From the NCBI RefSeq assembly GCF_011386835.1, contig NC_088794.1:9796001-9860000 (forward strand): a DNA stretch of 64,000 bases, read 5' to 3'. Positions 16,240-31,255 of the stretch are shown in pieces. Position numbers and translations under genes: made by a program. Source of the DNA: Chrysemys picta bellii (lineage: Eukaryota). How positions within the stretch are numbered: position 1 is the first letter of the stretch; every line of letters begins with the position of its first letter. The notes under the pieces are model-generated. The model had not been told where the DNA came from. It did not search any database and worked only from the letters and a program-made list of their open reading frames with translations.

Positions 16240-17592
16240 TGAGGTTGCCAAGTTTCTAATTGCACAAAACCGAACACCCTTGCCCTGCCCTGCCCCTTTC
16301 CCGAGGACCTGTCCATTCCCCTGCCCCTTCTCTGAAGCCCTGCCCCCACTCACTCCAGCCCCCCTCCCTCTGTCGCTCACTGTCCCCCACCCTCACTGGG
16401 CTGGGGCAGGGGGTTGGGGTGCAGGAGGGGCAGGGGCGGCTCCAGGCACCAGCACAGCAAGCGCGTGCCTGGGGCGGCAGGCCGCGGGGGGCGGCGTGCC
16501 GGTCATCGTGAGGGCAGCAGTGAGGCCGCCTTTGGCGGCATGCCTGCGGGAGGTCCGCCGGTCCCACGGCTTCGGTGGCAATTCAGCGGCGGGTACGGCG
16601 GAGGTGTGGGACCGGCAGATCACCCGCAGAAACGCCGCCTAATCTGTGTGACCGCGGACCACCCGCAGGCGCGCTGCCGAAAGCCGCCTGACTGCCATGC
16701 TTGAGGCGGCAAAAAACATAGAGCCGCCCCTGGGGAGGGGGGGAGGGCTCCCACTGGGCGTGAGGGGTTCAAGGTGCGGGAGGGGGCTCCAGGCTGGGGC
16801 AGGGGTTTCGGGTTGGGAGGGGGTGAGGGCTCCAGCTAGGGGTACAGGCTCTGGGGTGGGGATAAGGGTTTGGGTTGCAGGAGGGGGCTGCAGGCTGGGG
16901 CCAGGGGGTTTGGTGTGTGGGAGCGGGCTGAGGGCTGGGGCAGGGGGTCGGGGTGCAGGAAGGGGTGTGGGCTCCAGGTAGGGGTGTGAACTCTGGGGTG
17001 GTGCTGGGGGTGAGGGGTTTGAGCCCCAGGAGGAAGTTTGGCTATGTGAAGGGGTTCCGACTTGGGAGAGGGGATTGGGGTGGGGGTGCAGGGTCTGGGA
17101 GGGAGTTAGGGTGTGGGAGGTGGGGCAGGGAGTTCGGGGTGTGGTCTCTGGCCAGGCAGCACTTACCTCAGGCGACTCCCATTCGGCAGCGCTGCCCTGC
17201 CTGCCCTGGCCTTGCGCTGCGCCCACAAGCGGCCGGCATGTCCAGCTCTGGCCCCTCAGTGGAGGTGCTGCCAGGTGGCTCTGCACAGTGTGCACTGCCC
17301 ATGCCTGCAGGTATCGCCCCTGCAGCTCCCATTGGCCAATGGGAGCTGTGGGGGTGGCTCTCAGGGTGGGGGCAGCGCGGGGAGCTTCCCTGAACACCCC
17401 TGTGCCTAGGGGCCAGACATGCCGACAGCTTCTGGGAGCTGTGCGGGAGCCAGGGCAGGCAGGGAGCCTGCCTTAGCCCTACTGCGCCACTGACCAGACT
17501 TTTTACGGCCCAGTCAGCGGTGCCAACCGGAGCTGCCAGGCTCCCTTTTCGACTGGGCGTTCGGGTCGAAAACCGGACGCCTGGCAACCCTA
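16240..17592. mobile_element. Non-autonomous hAT-like element containing a nested MITE
   Basis: Ends TGAGGTTGCCA ... TGGCAACCCTA, with a 6/8 TSD (CTCCCCTA/CTCTCCCA). Confidence 0.65.
16431..16732. mobile_element. hAT MITE nested in the 16240-17592 element
   Basis: Perfect 12-bp TIR CAGGGGCGGCTC/GAGCCGCCCCTG and TSD AGGAGGGG/GGGAGGGG. Confidence 0.88.
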
Positions 17593-18216
17593 CTCTCCCA
17601 GCACTCCACCGAAGGGGTGAGCCGGCTGGGTTCCCAGAGGCCTGCGGTATGTGAAACAGAGACACACGCAGCCCCTTTGAGTCTCCCCCATGGCGTCCCT
17701 TGAACAGCACAATAGTCAGACAACAACAACCTTGCCGAGCATTTCCCTGCCACAGCATCCTCCCCACTCAGGCACATTCTTGGGCTAGGGTCAAATTCCT
17801 GTGGGCCAGCCAGGCCCTTGTGCTACAGAGCAGAATTTGTCTGCTGCCATTTGGCGCTTTCTCCCCCAGCTCAGCTCCCCTCGCGTGGCTGTCTGCACCC
17901 TCTGTCCTGCCCAAACTTCCTGCGTCTCACCCCAGCTCCCCGGGGGTCTGTTTAATGTACCCGCCCCCCACCAACACTTGGGTCTTTTTGGTGATTTCCC
18001 ACTGCCCCCAGCACAGCACAGCCAGGGAGGAAGGAAGTGTCTTTGTCCAGCAACCCCCTTAGCCAGTCCTGTTATGATCTGAGCATTCCCCATTGTCCTG
18101 GGCTGGGACACAGTTCTGCTAGACAGTGGGGCACAGACAGGAGGGTATTTATGCTTTCCATAGCAACAGTGTCCCACCATCACCTGTCCAGATGAGGCCC
18201 TAAAATCATCACAGGG

Positions 18217-18409
18217 CAGGGCTGGCTCCAGCCACCAGCTAAAGAAGCAGGTGCTTGGGGCGGCCAATACCAAGGGGCGGCACTCCGGCCGCTATTGGGG
18301 CGACACGTATGTTGCCGCCAAAGAGTGGAGCGGCGCGATCGCGCTGCCGCAACTTTTTTTTTTTTTTTTTTTGCTGCTTGGGGCGGCAGAAAACCTGGAG
18401 CCGGCCCTG
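18217..18409. mobile_element. hAT MITE
   Basis: TIR CAGGGCTGGCTCC/GGAGCCGGCCCTG and TSD TCACAGGG/TCCCAGGG. Confidence 0.85.
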
Positions 18410-18429
18410 TCCCAGGGCCAAACGTCCTG

Positions 18430-19030
18430 TCGTCCGCTCCCGGTGCGATGCTGTGGCTAAAAAGGGCTGGTGCAACCCTGGGCTATATAAACACGGGAGC
18501 GGTGAGCAGGAGCACGGAGTTGGATTTATCTCTGCGTCTGGCACTGGGGAGACCCACACTGGGATGCTGCGTCCAGTTCTGGGGGCCAGGTTTTAAAACG
18601 GATGTTGAAAACAATTGGAGAGGGGGCAGAGAATCACCAAAATGATTCGAGGGCTGGCGAAAACGCCTGACAGGGAGGGACTGACAGAGCTCAATCTGCC
18701 CAGCTTCTCAAACCCACGCCTGAGAGGTGACTCGATAACAGGGGTGAAGTCCCTTCAGGGAGAGGGAATACCAGGTACAAAAGGGCTCTTCGATCTAGCG
18801 GAGAGAGGCGGGGCCAGACCCAGTGGCTGGGCAATGGAGCCAGGCACGTTCCCCTTAGAAAGGAGGCACAAATGTCCAACAGTGCAGGGGAGGAACCCCT
18901 GGAGCAAACTCCTGAGGGCCAGGGAGGAGGCTCCATCACTGCTGTCTTCAGAGCCAGGCTGGAGCCTTTCGGGACGATGCTTTGGTCAAACACCAGTCAC
19001 AGGGCTCAGTACAGGGGAAGCGGCTGAGCC
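18430..19030 (+). mobile_element. CR1 LINE 3' fragment
   Basis: The ORF track shows a CR1-like ORF2 tail (MERGQRITKMIRGL...LTELNL). CR1 3'-UTR-like sequence follows. Confidence 0.8.
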
Positions 19031-19671
19031 AATGGGCCCATCTGGCCTCTCCATCTCTCAGTCCCCTAGCACCATCCCCGGGGCTGGCATGGTCCCTGGG
19101 CATGGCCCACAGCAGCTCCTCCTTCCACCTTTTCCCATTGGAGGGAAGATCCCCTGGCCTTGGGGTCCCCATGGGGAGTCTCTTGGGTGGCTGCATCCCC
19201 TCCCCTCCCCATGACAACCCCATTCCATATGGCTGGGAAGAGGAAAGGGCACCACGCCTCTCAGATCCCTCTGGGGTGGCTGTGACCAAGGACCCCCCCA
19301 CCTTAGGGAAGGGGAGGGTTATGTGCCCTGTGCAGTGAGACGGAGCAGTGGGAACGGATGCGGGAGGAAGGGGATCCCAGCACCACGGCACATCCACAGT
19401 GACAATTCTCTCACCACACCGGGCAATGGGACCCCTGGCTGGGAGTGCCAGTCCTGCTATGGAAATTGCCCTCCCCCCCCCCCCCCCCCCCCGCAAACCA
19501 GACCTGCTCATAGAGCAGTACTGACCGTGTGCCAGGGGAGCCTGTCCTAGCGGGCTGGGGTCTGTCTATGCTTCACCAGCAACTCCAGCTCCCACCCAGC
19601 TCCTCCCCTTGGCAGCCAGCCTAGATGAGAGATGCCCAGGGGCAGCAGTGGCTGAAAACAGGGAGACATGC

Positions 19672-20502
19672 TGTGACAAAGGGGGAATTCTTTGTAATTT
19701 TTTTTTATGAATCCTCTGTGTGCCTCAGTTTACCCCGTAGTTTGCATGTGGCTACCCACTGGGGGAAACAGGATGAAGTTTGCTTTCAGGGCAGGCTAAG
19801 AGACGTGGCAGGAGGGTTGCCTAGCTGTCTGAGTGGATCATTAAAGGACCAGTGAGGCCGACCCATATCAGCGGAAAACGTGAGGAGACAATGGGAAATC
19901 CAGTCACGAGGACCGGGACACCTAGCAACCCGCGCCCCAGTGGAAGGATTTTGCAGCCTCTCAGCAGGGAGGCTGAAGGAAGGACTGCGCTGGGAGGTGG
20001 GGGAGAAAGGTTAGCTGCTGGAGGAAGCCGGGGGGGCTCTCTTCTGGGAACTGAGGAAAGAAGGAAGTCAGAGGCACAGTCTGAACATGGAGTTTGGGTG
20101 AGGTTGGGGGCAGGTTCAGGATGGCTTTAGGGGCAGGGTTGGGCTTGGCTGGTGAATTGTGGCTCGACCAGAATGGATGATGCTTTAACCCTCGGGTCTT
20201 CCTGCTGACCTAGGGCCTCGCTGGGCCGTGGAACCGGTTTGACAATGCTGCCGGCTGTCACTGCAAACAGGGGCTGGGGTGTCGGAGCCCCCGAAGAGCG
20301 GCCAGGTCTCTCTAGGGGTACGGCTCAGTGGGACACGCTAGGCAGAGCTCGCCGGGTGAAGGAGGGTGGAGCCCAGAGGCTCTGCCGCTGAGGCCACGTG
20401 GCCAGCCCTGCAGGAAGAGTGGGGGCCCTGGCGCACTGAAGGGCTCCTCCACAGGACAGTGTAAACGCTGGGGCCTAGCGCTGATCGTGGGGATCTGTGA
20501 CA
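19672..20502 (+). mobile_element. Solo LTR (TGTGACA...TGTGACA)
   Basis: TG...CA termini and homology to four other copies in the window. No clear TSD. Confidence 0.75.
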
Positions 20503-21378
20503 CAGGGGCTGCCAACCGCCCATGGGGCCACGCCAGGCCAGGCCAAGGGTGGGTCCCATGGAGGAATCACACACCCACTCTGGGGCTGCCTGGATTCTAT
20601 CCCCAGCCCTCAAAGGGTGGGTGGAGTCTAGTGGGTTAGGGCAGGGGGCCAGGACCCCGGACACCTGAGTTCCACCCCTCCCTGGTACAATGCGGATAGC
20701 CCCGCTGGCACCAAGGGCTGAGGGGAGGCAGACAAACAGCCTTTTCATTTAGACTGAAAGAATTAGATTTTAGGGGCTGAGGACCTGCTGAAGCAGCCCC
20801 AGCTCCTGCAGAGGGTGACCTGCCCTAAGGTGTGCTCCGCCCTGCCTCTCCCCACCCTGGATCCCTTTGGAGGGGAGTTTGCCCTGCCTCACCCTGAGCC
20901 CTCAGGGCTGGTGTTTCCATGCTTGTGGGCATGCAGCTGGCAACACAGCCTGCCCCCGGCAGAGCCTGGCCTGATGGAACAGGGCAGGATAAGTGCAGGG
21001 CACATTATGGGCACCACTCTGGGTCAGGGCACTGGCCCCAGTGGCTCCTGCACATCCCCCCACAGAGGTGGCTGCATCTCTCCCCTGGGCAATGTCCCAT
21101 CTTGGGCACAGCCACCAAGCAGAGTAGCACTGGGGCTCTGGGAGGAGGTAGCCCATGTGCCTGGGTAACACTGCCCCACTCCTGCCCCCGAGCTGCACAC
21201 AACAGCAGCACCATGGGACCCAGGTCCCAGCAGGGTCCTTGAGCCCTGGGCAACAGGTGCCTGCTGGAGCCGTGTGTGGGGCTGCTTCCGGGACTGGAAA
21301 TGGGTTTCCTCTCTCATGCATTAAACATCAACTCCCCCCTGCCCCCCAACAACACACAGGGGTCTGGTCTGGGAGCTG

Positions 21379-21384
21379 TTTATT
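21379..21384 (-). terminator. Polyadenylation signal of GSTP1
   Basis: AATAAA on the minus strand about 40 nt after the stop codon. Confidence 0.85.
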
Positions 21385-21421
21385 GAGCCACGGGAGTGCC
21401 CCCTCCGTCCATCCATGGGGG

Positions 21422-24498
<3,077 letters not shown>

Positions 24499-24519
24499 CT
24501 CGGTCTCTCTCGCTGCAGC

Positions 24520-24660
24520 TGCGGAGCAGATGGATCCCGCCCGGGGTTAAAGGGAGCCAGGAAAGTGCTGAGTCACCTGCCCCCCAGTGCCTTAAAAGCA
24601 GACGGACAGGCCCCCGCCCCCTCCCCAGCCAGGGGGGCGGAATTTGCTGCTGGGCGGGGA
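24520..24660 (-). promoter_or_regulatory. GSTP1 proximal promoter with AP-1/ARE, GC boxes and TATA-like element
   Basis: On the minus strand: GGGGCGGGG boxes (~24611-24620), GTGACTCAGCACT (24576-24564) and CCCTTTAA (~24552-24545) upstream of exon 1. Confidence 0.75.
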
Positions 24661-25236
24661 CTGTGCAGCGCCTAATCCGCTTCCCAGGCTCTGGTCTTAA
24701 AGCGCCAGGCTGGCCAACGCCTGCCCGCCGTGCATGGCGCTGCTACGGGAGACTGGAGTCCGTGACATAGTTTACATCCCCCCCCCCTAAAAAAAATACA
24801 CTCGCCAGACATTTCCAACTCCCCACTCCGGCTCTGGGTCTGCAAAGCTCGGCGCTGTTCTGTCCTAGCCGCTGCTCCGGCTGTGAGCCGCTGTCCCCGC
24901 GGGTTCACGCCCTGGCACTACTGATTTCCGAGAATGTGCTTTTCATTACTCGTAGCCCATCGTCCTGGACCTCCGTTCCCGTTGTGCAGCTGGAGGCCCC
25001 AGGGTGTCTTGTGACTACCGGGGAATGGCTGTTCCTACTTTGCTCATCGCTCCAGGCAGCGATCACACTGATTCTAGGGCAGCACTTCCTGTTTGCCTGG
25101 CAACCTGCCTTTGTCATTCCACATTTTTGTTCTTTTTTTAATTGTATTTTACTTTTTTAATACCCAGGGTTATTCTTTGGCATCATATGACGTCCAGGCT
25201 GAGTGATTTCCTGGCTTGGTGTCCAAACTTTTTCAG

Positions 25237-25489
25237 GTTTCAGAGTAGCAGCCGTGTTAGTCTGTATCCGCAAAAAGAACAGGAGTCCTTGTGGCACCTT
25301 AGAGACTAACACATTTATTTGGACGTAAGCTTTCGTGGGCTAAACCCCGATGCATGCAGTGGAAAATACAGTAGGAAGTTATATATACACAGAGAACATG
25401 AAACAATGGGTGTTGCCATACCAACTGTAATGAGACTAATCAATTAAGGTGGGCTATTGTCACTACAAAAGTTTTTTTTTTCTTCCTGC
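25237..25489. mobile_element. Penelope-like element terminal (pLTR) fragment
   Basis: GTTTCAGAGTAGCAGCCGTGTTAGTCTGTATCCGCAAAAAGAACAGGAG..GGCACCTTAGAGACTAAC..AAGCTTTCGTGGGCTA, a recalled turtle Penelope terminus. Reverse-orientation fragments lie at 36216-36288 and ~52670-52743. Confidence 0.7.
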
Positions 25490-28400
25490 TGATATTATGA
25501 TACGATTATGGCATAATTATGACACATTTTGTACAAGATAAGTCATGTGAGGTGTCATTGGAGAAGTGATGATTTGCCAAATATGATTATCCTATTTGTG
25601 TGCATGTATCAGTTTTGTATCTGAAGTTATGATAGTGACTATGCCTCTGTATTTCAGATGTAGTTACACCTGGGTAGCGGCCACTAGACAAGATGCTTTC
25701 AGTCTAGATAGCTGGATGAGAAGGGCCCATTCCTGGTAATGGGCCATTAGGGAAAACAATCGGTCTTAGGAGATGTTTATCCACCACCTGAGCCTTTCTG
25801 AGGACACTCCAGACAACCGGTGAGTAATGCCTGTTATGACTCAGCAGGTATGCAAGCGCATGTGACCAGGTCACATGATTCCAGACTCCATCTTGGGATG
25901 TCCGTGTTTTTCCACAAACTGAGTTTGGGACAAAGGGTTCCCGCCATCTGCTAAAGCTCTATTACGCAGGAAGTGGCATCATCTGCGGTTATTCACTCCC
26001 CACCTAAGAAAACTCCTGGAAATATCTAAGGAACAAAGATTGAACTGGGGGAAGTGCTGGATCCAGGCTAAAGGGGTTTCTAGCCTGTGCAAGAAAGGGC
26101 AGCTTGCTCCTTAAGAATCTGCAGCCCACTTGTACCATAAGTTAGTGTGAGAATCGGCTGTTCATATCCAATCTATTTCGTATACCAAGCTTAGTTTGTG
26201 TTTTTTGTTCATTGCTAGGGAATCTGCTTTGATCTGTTTGCTAGCCCTTATAATCAATTAAAATCTATCGTTTGTCGTTAATAAACTTGTTTTTGCTTTG
26301 TCTAAAGCAGTGAGTTGGAATGAAGTGTATGAGAATCCTAGCTCAAGGGGCAAAGGCTGTTGCATGTTCTTCTCCACATTGAGGGAGGGGGTGAACTTTA
26401 TGAGCTTACACTGTACAGTTCCCTGTGCAGCACGTGACGGTATTATTTTGGGGTTTTACTCCCATGGGGGTGCGTGCCTGGGGAGCTGGGAGTTGCCTTA
26501 GCTGTAGCCTTTCTGTTGTTGGTTGATTGCAGGGGCCGGATAAAGAGCCTGCATGTACTGCATCTGGATGTGTCCCTACTTGTGTGAATGCTAGTGAAAG
26601 TTCAGGCTGGAGGGCTTTGCAGCTTGTCACCATAGCATAGTGAGAGAGGGAGCCCAGGCTGGTGGGTCAGAGAGCTCAGTGGTACTTCAGTTCCAGGTGC
26701 ACCCCTGCGGGAACCCGTCACAGTGGCATGGTCAAGCAGGGTGATATGCGCGGCTTGTTGCTCTGAGTGAGATTTGCACTTCATACATGGGTGGTGATTT
26801 TAAGTGGGAGTTTAAGTGTAGTGGCTTGAGATTAGTCAAAGAGGTTACCGGTTGTTATTTTCTGTTTGCTTATTTCAGGCAAGGGAGGTAGGGACAGAAA
26901 AGCAGCAAGATAAGTGAAAATAGTGAAACCATTGTGAATTTGGAGCTGTGCAGAGTGCAGGCAGAAGAAAAAGAGGGAGAACCCCAAAGACTGTTGGAGA
27001 TAAAAGAATTACAGAAAAAAAGTAATTGAAGCCCAGAAGCAAGTCATGAAAGCACAGAATGCAAGGCAGGAAGCCGCACACCAGAGTGTTTTGGAACTGA
27101 AACAGATAGAGGAAGACAAAGAAATTAAGATCCAGAAATTAGCCGTGGAGGGGGGGGAGAGAGAGAGAGAGAGAGAGAGAGCAGCAACTAAACTTGCGAA
27201 AGAAGCAGAACCACATAAAAGATTTATTGAAAAAAAGGATTGTACATTTTTTAAAAAAGTGTAATCATTTGCGTATTAAGCTGAAACCCCAGAGGAAAAG
27301 GATAAAGTCTCAGGTACTGCTGCACTAAGGGAGAGTGTCTCTTTAATTCCTCTGCAGCAGTGAGGAACTGTATGCTTCCGGGGTGAGTGTGGTTGAGACC
27401 AGCTCTCGCACGGTATCTGAAGGCAGCATTTCCCCCAGAAAGGAGGTCAGGGTGGTGTTGCCTGCCAGTGAGAAAACTGTCCAGGGGTTGCTGGCTGCAG
27501 ATAAGCAAGGGACAGACCTCACATGCATAGGGAGATGTGTCCTAGAGGGAAGCCCAGCGGAGGGTGGTGGAATTGTAGAGACCACTTTGGTGGGTGAGGG
27601 TTCCATTGACTCTGTAGCTGGAGGCAAACCCAACTCCGAGAGGAGGAGGAGGGTGTAGTGCCTGCCTGTGAAAGAACTGTTCAGGCTGTTAGCTGTGAGC
27701 TCATCACAGCTGGATAGGGGATAGATCCCACTCTAGAGAGCACAGAGGTGCGTGTTTGGGGGGGGGGTCAGAGGAGGAAACTGAAAAGAAATTAGTGGGA
27801 GTACAGGGATGTGTCCTCACTGATCACATGGCGGGAGGGGTTTGCCCAGGAGAGAAATGCCAGGTCAGTTTCTCTGCAGCCAGGCACCCAACCTGTGGCT
27901 CAGGTTTTAAGAGGGAACTGTGTAACTGATCTCCCAGAGTGGAGCAGTCACACAACAGACCTCTTGGGGATAATGAGAGGGGTGACAGAGGATACCCCAA
28001 TCCAGGTCCCACTTTTGCAAAATGGTGTTCCTGATGTACTTGTGGAAACTAACTCTGTCTCTTTAAGACAGGATGAGAATCCTACTAAAGACTTGAGTGT
28101 CAGTGAAAATGCTAATGACCCACCTGAGCAAGGGGAGGAGGAAACAATTTCCTGGGTGGGTAAGATATAGCAAGCAGCAAAGGAAAAGCTGCTGGAGGAT
28201 CACAGCCCTCTAGGAAAAGAGGGTGGGGAAAGTCCCGGTGCTGGGAGGGTAAATCACAAGGAAATCCTAGGAGCGGGGGTGCGGATTTTTTTGCATGGGC
28301 ATAACCCTGGAGATCAAATGCAGCTCCACAGAGGGGAGACACAATGCAAGGTCCCCTCACACCCTTGCCTCACCAAAACCCCAAAGACATATATAACTGA

Positions 28401-31107
28401 GAACCCTTTGTGACATTCTATACCTTGGGGGTGTGTCCTGGAACCCCCATATTCCTCATTTTTATATAATGGTGATCTTACATATAAAACATGCCTTGTA
28501 AGGTACCAGGGGAAAGGTTATGACTTGCTGAAAGTCATTTCTCTCTCCATATGTGTATCGTTAATGCATATGAAGTTATGAGAATTGTGTTGTATGGTGG
28601 TCACTAAAACATGCTGTAAATTGGGGAATCAGGCAGATATCAGCTCCTGAGAGGCAACAGGAAGAAAAGTAACCAACCCCCTGGGCGGGTGTCAAACAAC
28701 CATCAGCAACCATTGTACCATAGCAACAACCATAGCAAGGGGGCTACAATGCAATGACTCACCTGCATGAGGCCCCACTAGGAGAATTGCTCAACATTGC
28801 CTGGGGACTCAGCAATGCTCCCCTCCCACCCCAGATGTGCCTGGACTTGTACTCCCCAAGCACATAGGACTCAGAGTATAAAATCGACCACAGGGGGCCC
28901 ATGCTTGGCCTTTCTCCCACCCCACTGATACTGCAAGCAACAAGGACACTCTGAAGACTCCAGCTGAGGGGACTGGCCCAGATTTCAAGGGTGAAATCTG
29001 TGCACTATGAACTGCAATATGCAGTGGGGTGAGAAAAACTGCTGAATCTAGTTGTTGCCCAGTCTAATAGGGTTGAGAGTTCAGACTGCCTGGCTATATT
29101 TTATTTCTTTTGGTAACTCTCTGACTTTTTCCCTATCACTTAAAATCTCTTTTGCAGTCAATAAACTTGTTTTACTGTTTATCTTTACCAGTGAGTTTGT
29201 AGGAAGTGTGTAGGCAAATCTGCTCCGGTTTTGCAAAGGCTGGTGTATAGCCACTTTCCATTGATGAAGTGGTGAACCACTTCATAAATTTGCACTGCCT
29301 ACCTTGAGCAGTGCAAGAAGGTATATTCCTGAGATACAGTGCTGGGAGCTGGGGGGATTTGGCTAGTGCCTTTCTCTGTGTGATTCATGAGTGGCTCTGG
29401 GAGCATTCATGCAATCTAGCTGGGTGTGGGGCTCCACTTGCTATTGGGCCGAGTGATCACAGCACCTGGAGGGGTTTGCTGCTGGTCACTAGCAAAGCAT
29501 TGTGAGAGACAGCCTAGGCTGGAGAGCGTTAAGGGGGAACAGCGGTCTCACAGTCCCAGGCTGCACCCCGGGGATCATATCACACCCTACTGAAGGGGAC
29601 ACTGGAAAAAAACACTAACTGGGAAGAAAGACCAGTATCTGAACACCTGCTGTGGTTCAGGGAGCAGTTGGAAAAAAACAATGAGAATTAAACAAACCAG
29701 ACTGTTTAAACAGAAGGCATGGTACTTGGAAACACCTCCCTGTCATGAGTTTGCTGGTACTGTTAAGTTTCATAATACACAGTTTGTTGGTTATATTGAA
29801 TCCTTTGAAAAGGTGTAACATGTATGATTGTGGGGAAGAACTTTTGAACATGCCAGGAGTGGAATCAGGGAAGTCCTATAAGGATACTGCTTCTCAACTA
29901 ATACCTGTAAACAGGATTAGAGCTTGGCACAGCAGAAAAAGCATAACAAACCCAGTCTGCTGTGTGGAAGGGGAAACTGAGGCACACTATCTCATGGCAT
30001 GGGTAGCTAAATGCCAAGACACCTACACTCTAAAATATATTGATATCTGCACTGTGTTAACAATGCTACACACAAGAATGTTTTCAGGCAACCTGGGGAA
30101 AAAAACACAAAAGAAACTGGGTGACAGTAGAATGTTTGGTAACACTTGGGAGTTGTAGAGCCAAAACCTAAAGAGGGCATTAGGCATACTGCCTCCGCAT
30201 TAGTCAGTGACTAACCCTCTGGCAGTGATCTAAGGGGCGAGGTGTGGCACCGTGCCCCGTATTCTTCACAGTGATATTATGATATGATTGTGGCATAATT
30301 ATGACACATTTTGTACAAGATAAGTCATGTGAGGTGCCATTGGAGAAGTGATGATTTGCCAAATATGATTATCCTATTTGTGTGCATGTATCAACTTTGT
30401 ATCTGAAGTTATGAATAGTGACTATGTATCTATATTTCAGATGTAGTTAGACCTGGGTAGCGGCCACTAGACAAGATGCTTTCAGTCTAGATAGCTGGAT
30501 GAGAAGGGCCCATTCCTGGTAATGGGCCACTAGGGAAAACCATTGGTCTTAGGAGATGTTTATCCACCACCTGAGCCTTTCTGAGGACACTCCAGTCAAC
30601 TGGTGAGTAATGCCTGTTATTGTAAGGGCCTGTGACCAAGTCACATGATTCCACTTTCGGATGTCAGTATTTTTCCACAAATGAAGTTTGGGACAAAGGG
30701 TTCCCGCCAGAGGCTAAAGCTATATAAGAAAGGGAGTGACATGATCATCTGTGGTTCTGCCCTCCCCACCTAAGAAGACTCCTGGAAACACCTGAGGAAC
30801 AAAGACTGAACTGGGGAAGGGATTTTTAGCCGGTGCATGAAAGATGTGGGGCATCCAAGCTGTAAAGAAAGGGAGTTGTCTTAGCTGTAGCCTTTCTGTT
30901 GTTGGTTGATTGCAGGGGCTGGATAGAGAGTCTGCATGTCACTGCAGCTGGGCGCGTCCCTACCTGTGTGTGTGCTGGTGAAAGTGCAGGCTGGAGGGCT
31001 TTGCAGCTTGTCACAGCAGCATAGTGAGAGAGGGAGGCCAGGCTGGTGGGTCAGAGGGCTCAGTGGTACCCCAGTTCCAGATGGCACCCTGGGGGGAACC
31101 CGTCACA
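25490..31107 (+). mobile_element. Internally deleted Gypsy-like LTR retrotransposon (LTRs 25490-26722 and 30243-31107)
   Basis: Two homologous LTRs ending CCCGTCACA, a degenerate PBS TGGCATGGTCAAGCAGG at 26724, and a PPT AAGGGGCGAGG at 30232-30242. Only decayed coiled-coil gag-like remnants are present, with no RT or integrase motifs seen. Confidence 0.75.
28409..29584 (+). mobile_element. Solo LTR nested in the Gypsy-like element
   Basis: TGTGAC...ATCACA termini, AATAAA at ~29160, flanks CCCTT/CCCTA (4/5 TSD). Confidence 0.75.
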
Positions 31108-31255
31108 CTTACCTCACCTAGTTTGTCTTTTGGTGAAACTAACATGCCTTGTCTCCACAATGTTTTTACAGTGGGGTAGCCAATACATGTTATTCATAGC
31201 TTGATTGCTCGGATAATGATTGTGTGGCTAACGCTGCCGCATTGCCATCAGGATA

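Noticed and set aside
25320-25370. Functional hammerhead ribozyme in the Penelope termini
   Set aside because: Such termini can carry minimal hammerheads, but this copy lacks the C(U/C)GAUGA box on the minus strand, and the 36216 copy retains only the stem-II 3' arm plus GAAA.
26723-30242. Intact gag/pol gene
   Set aside because: Only short interrupted ORFs (72-137 aa) are present, with no RT YxDD, RNase H or integrase motifs seen.
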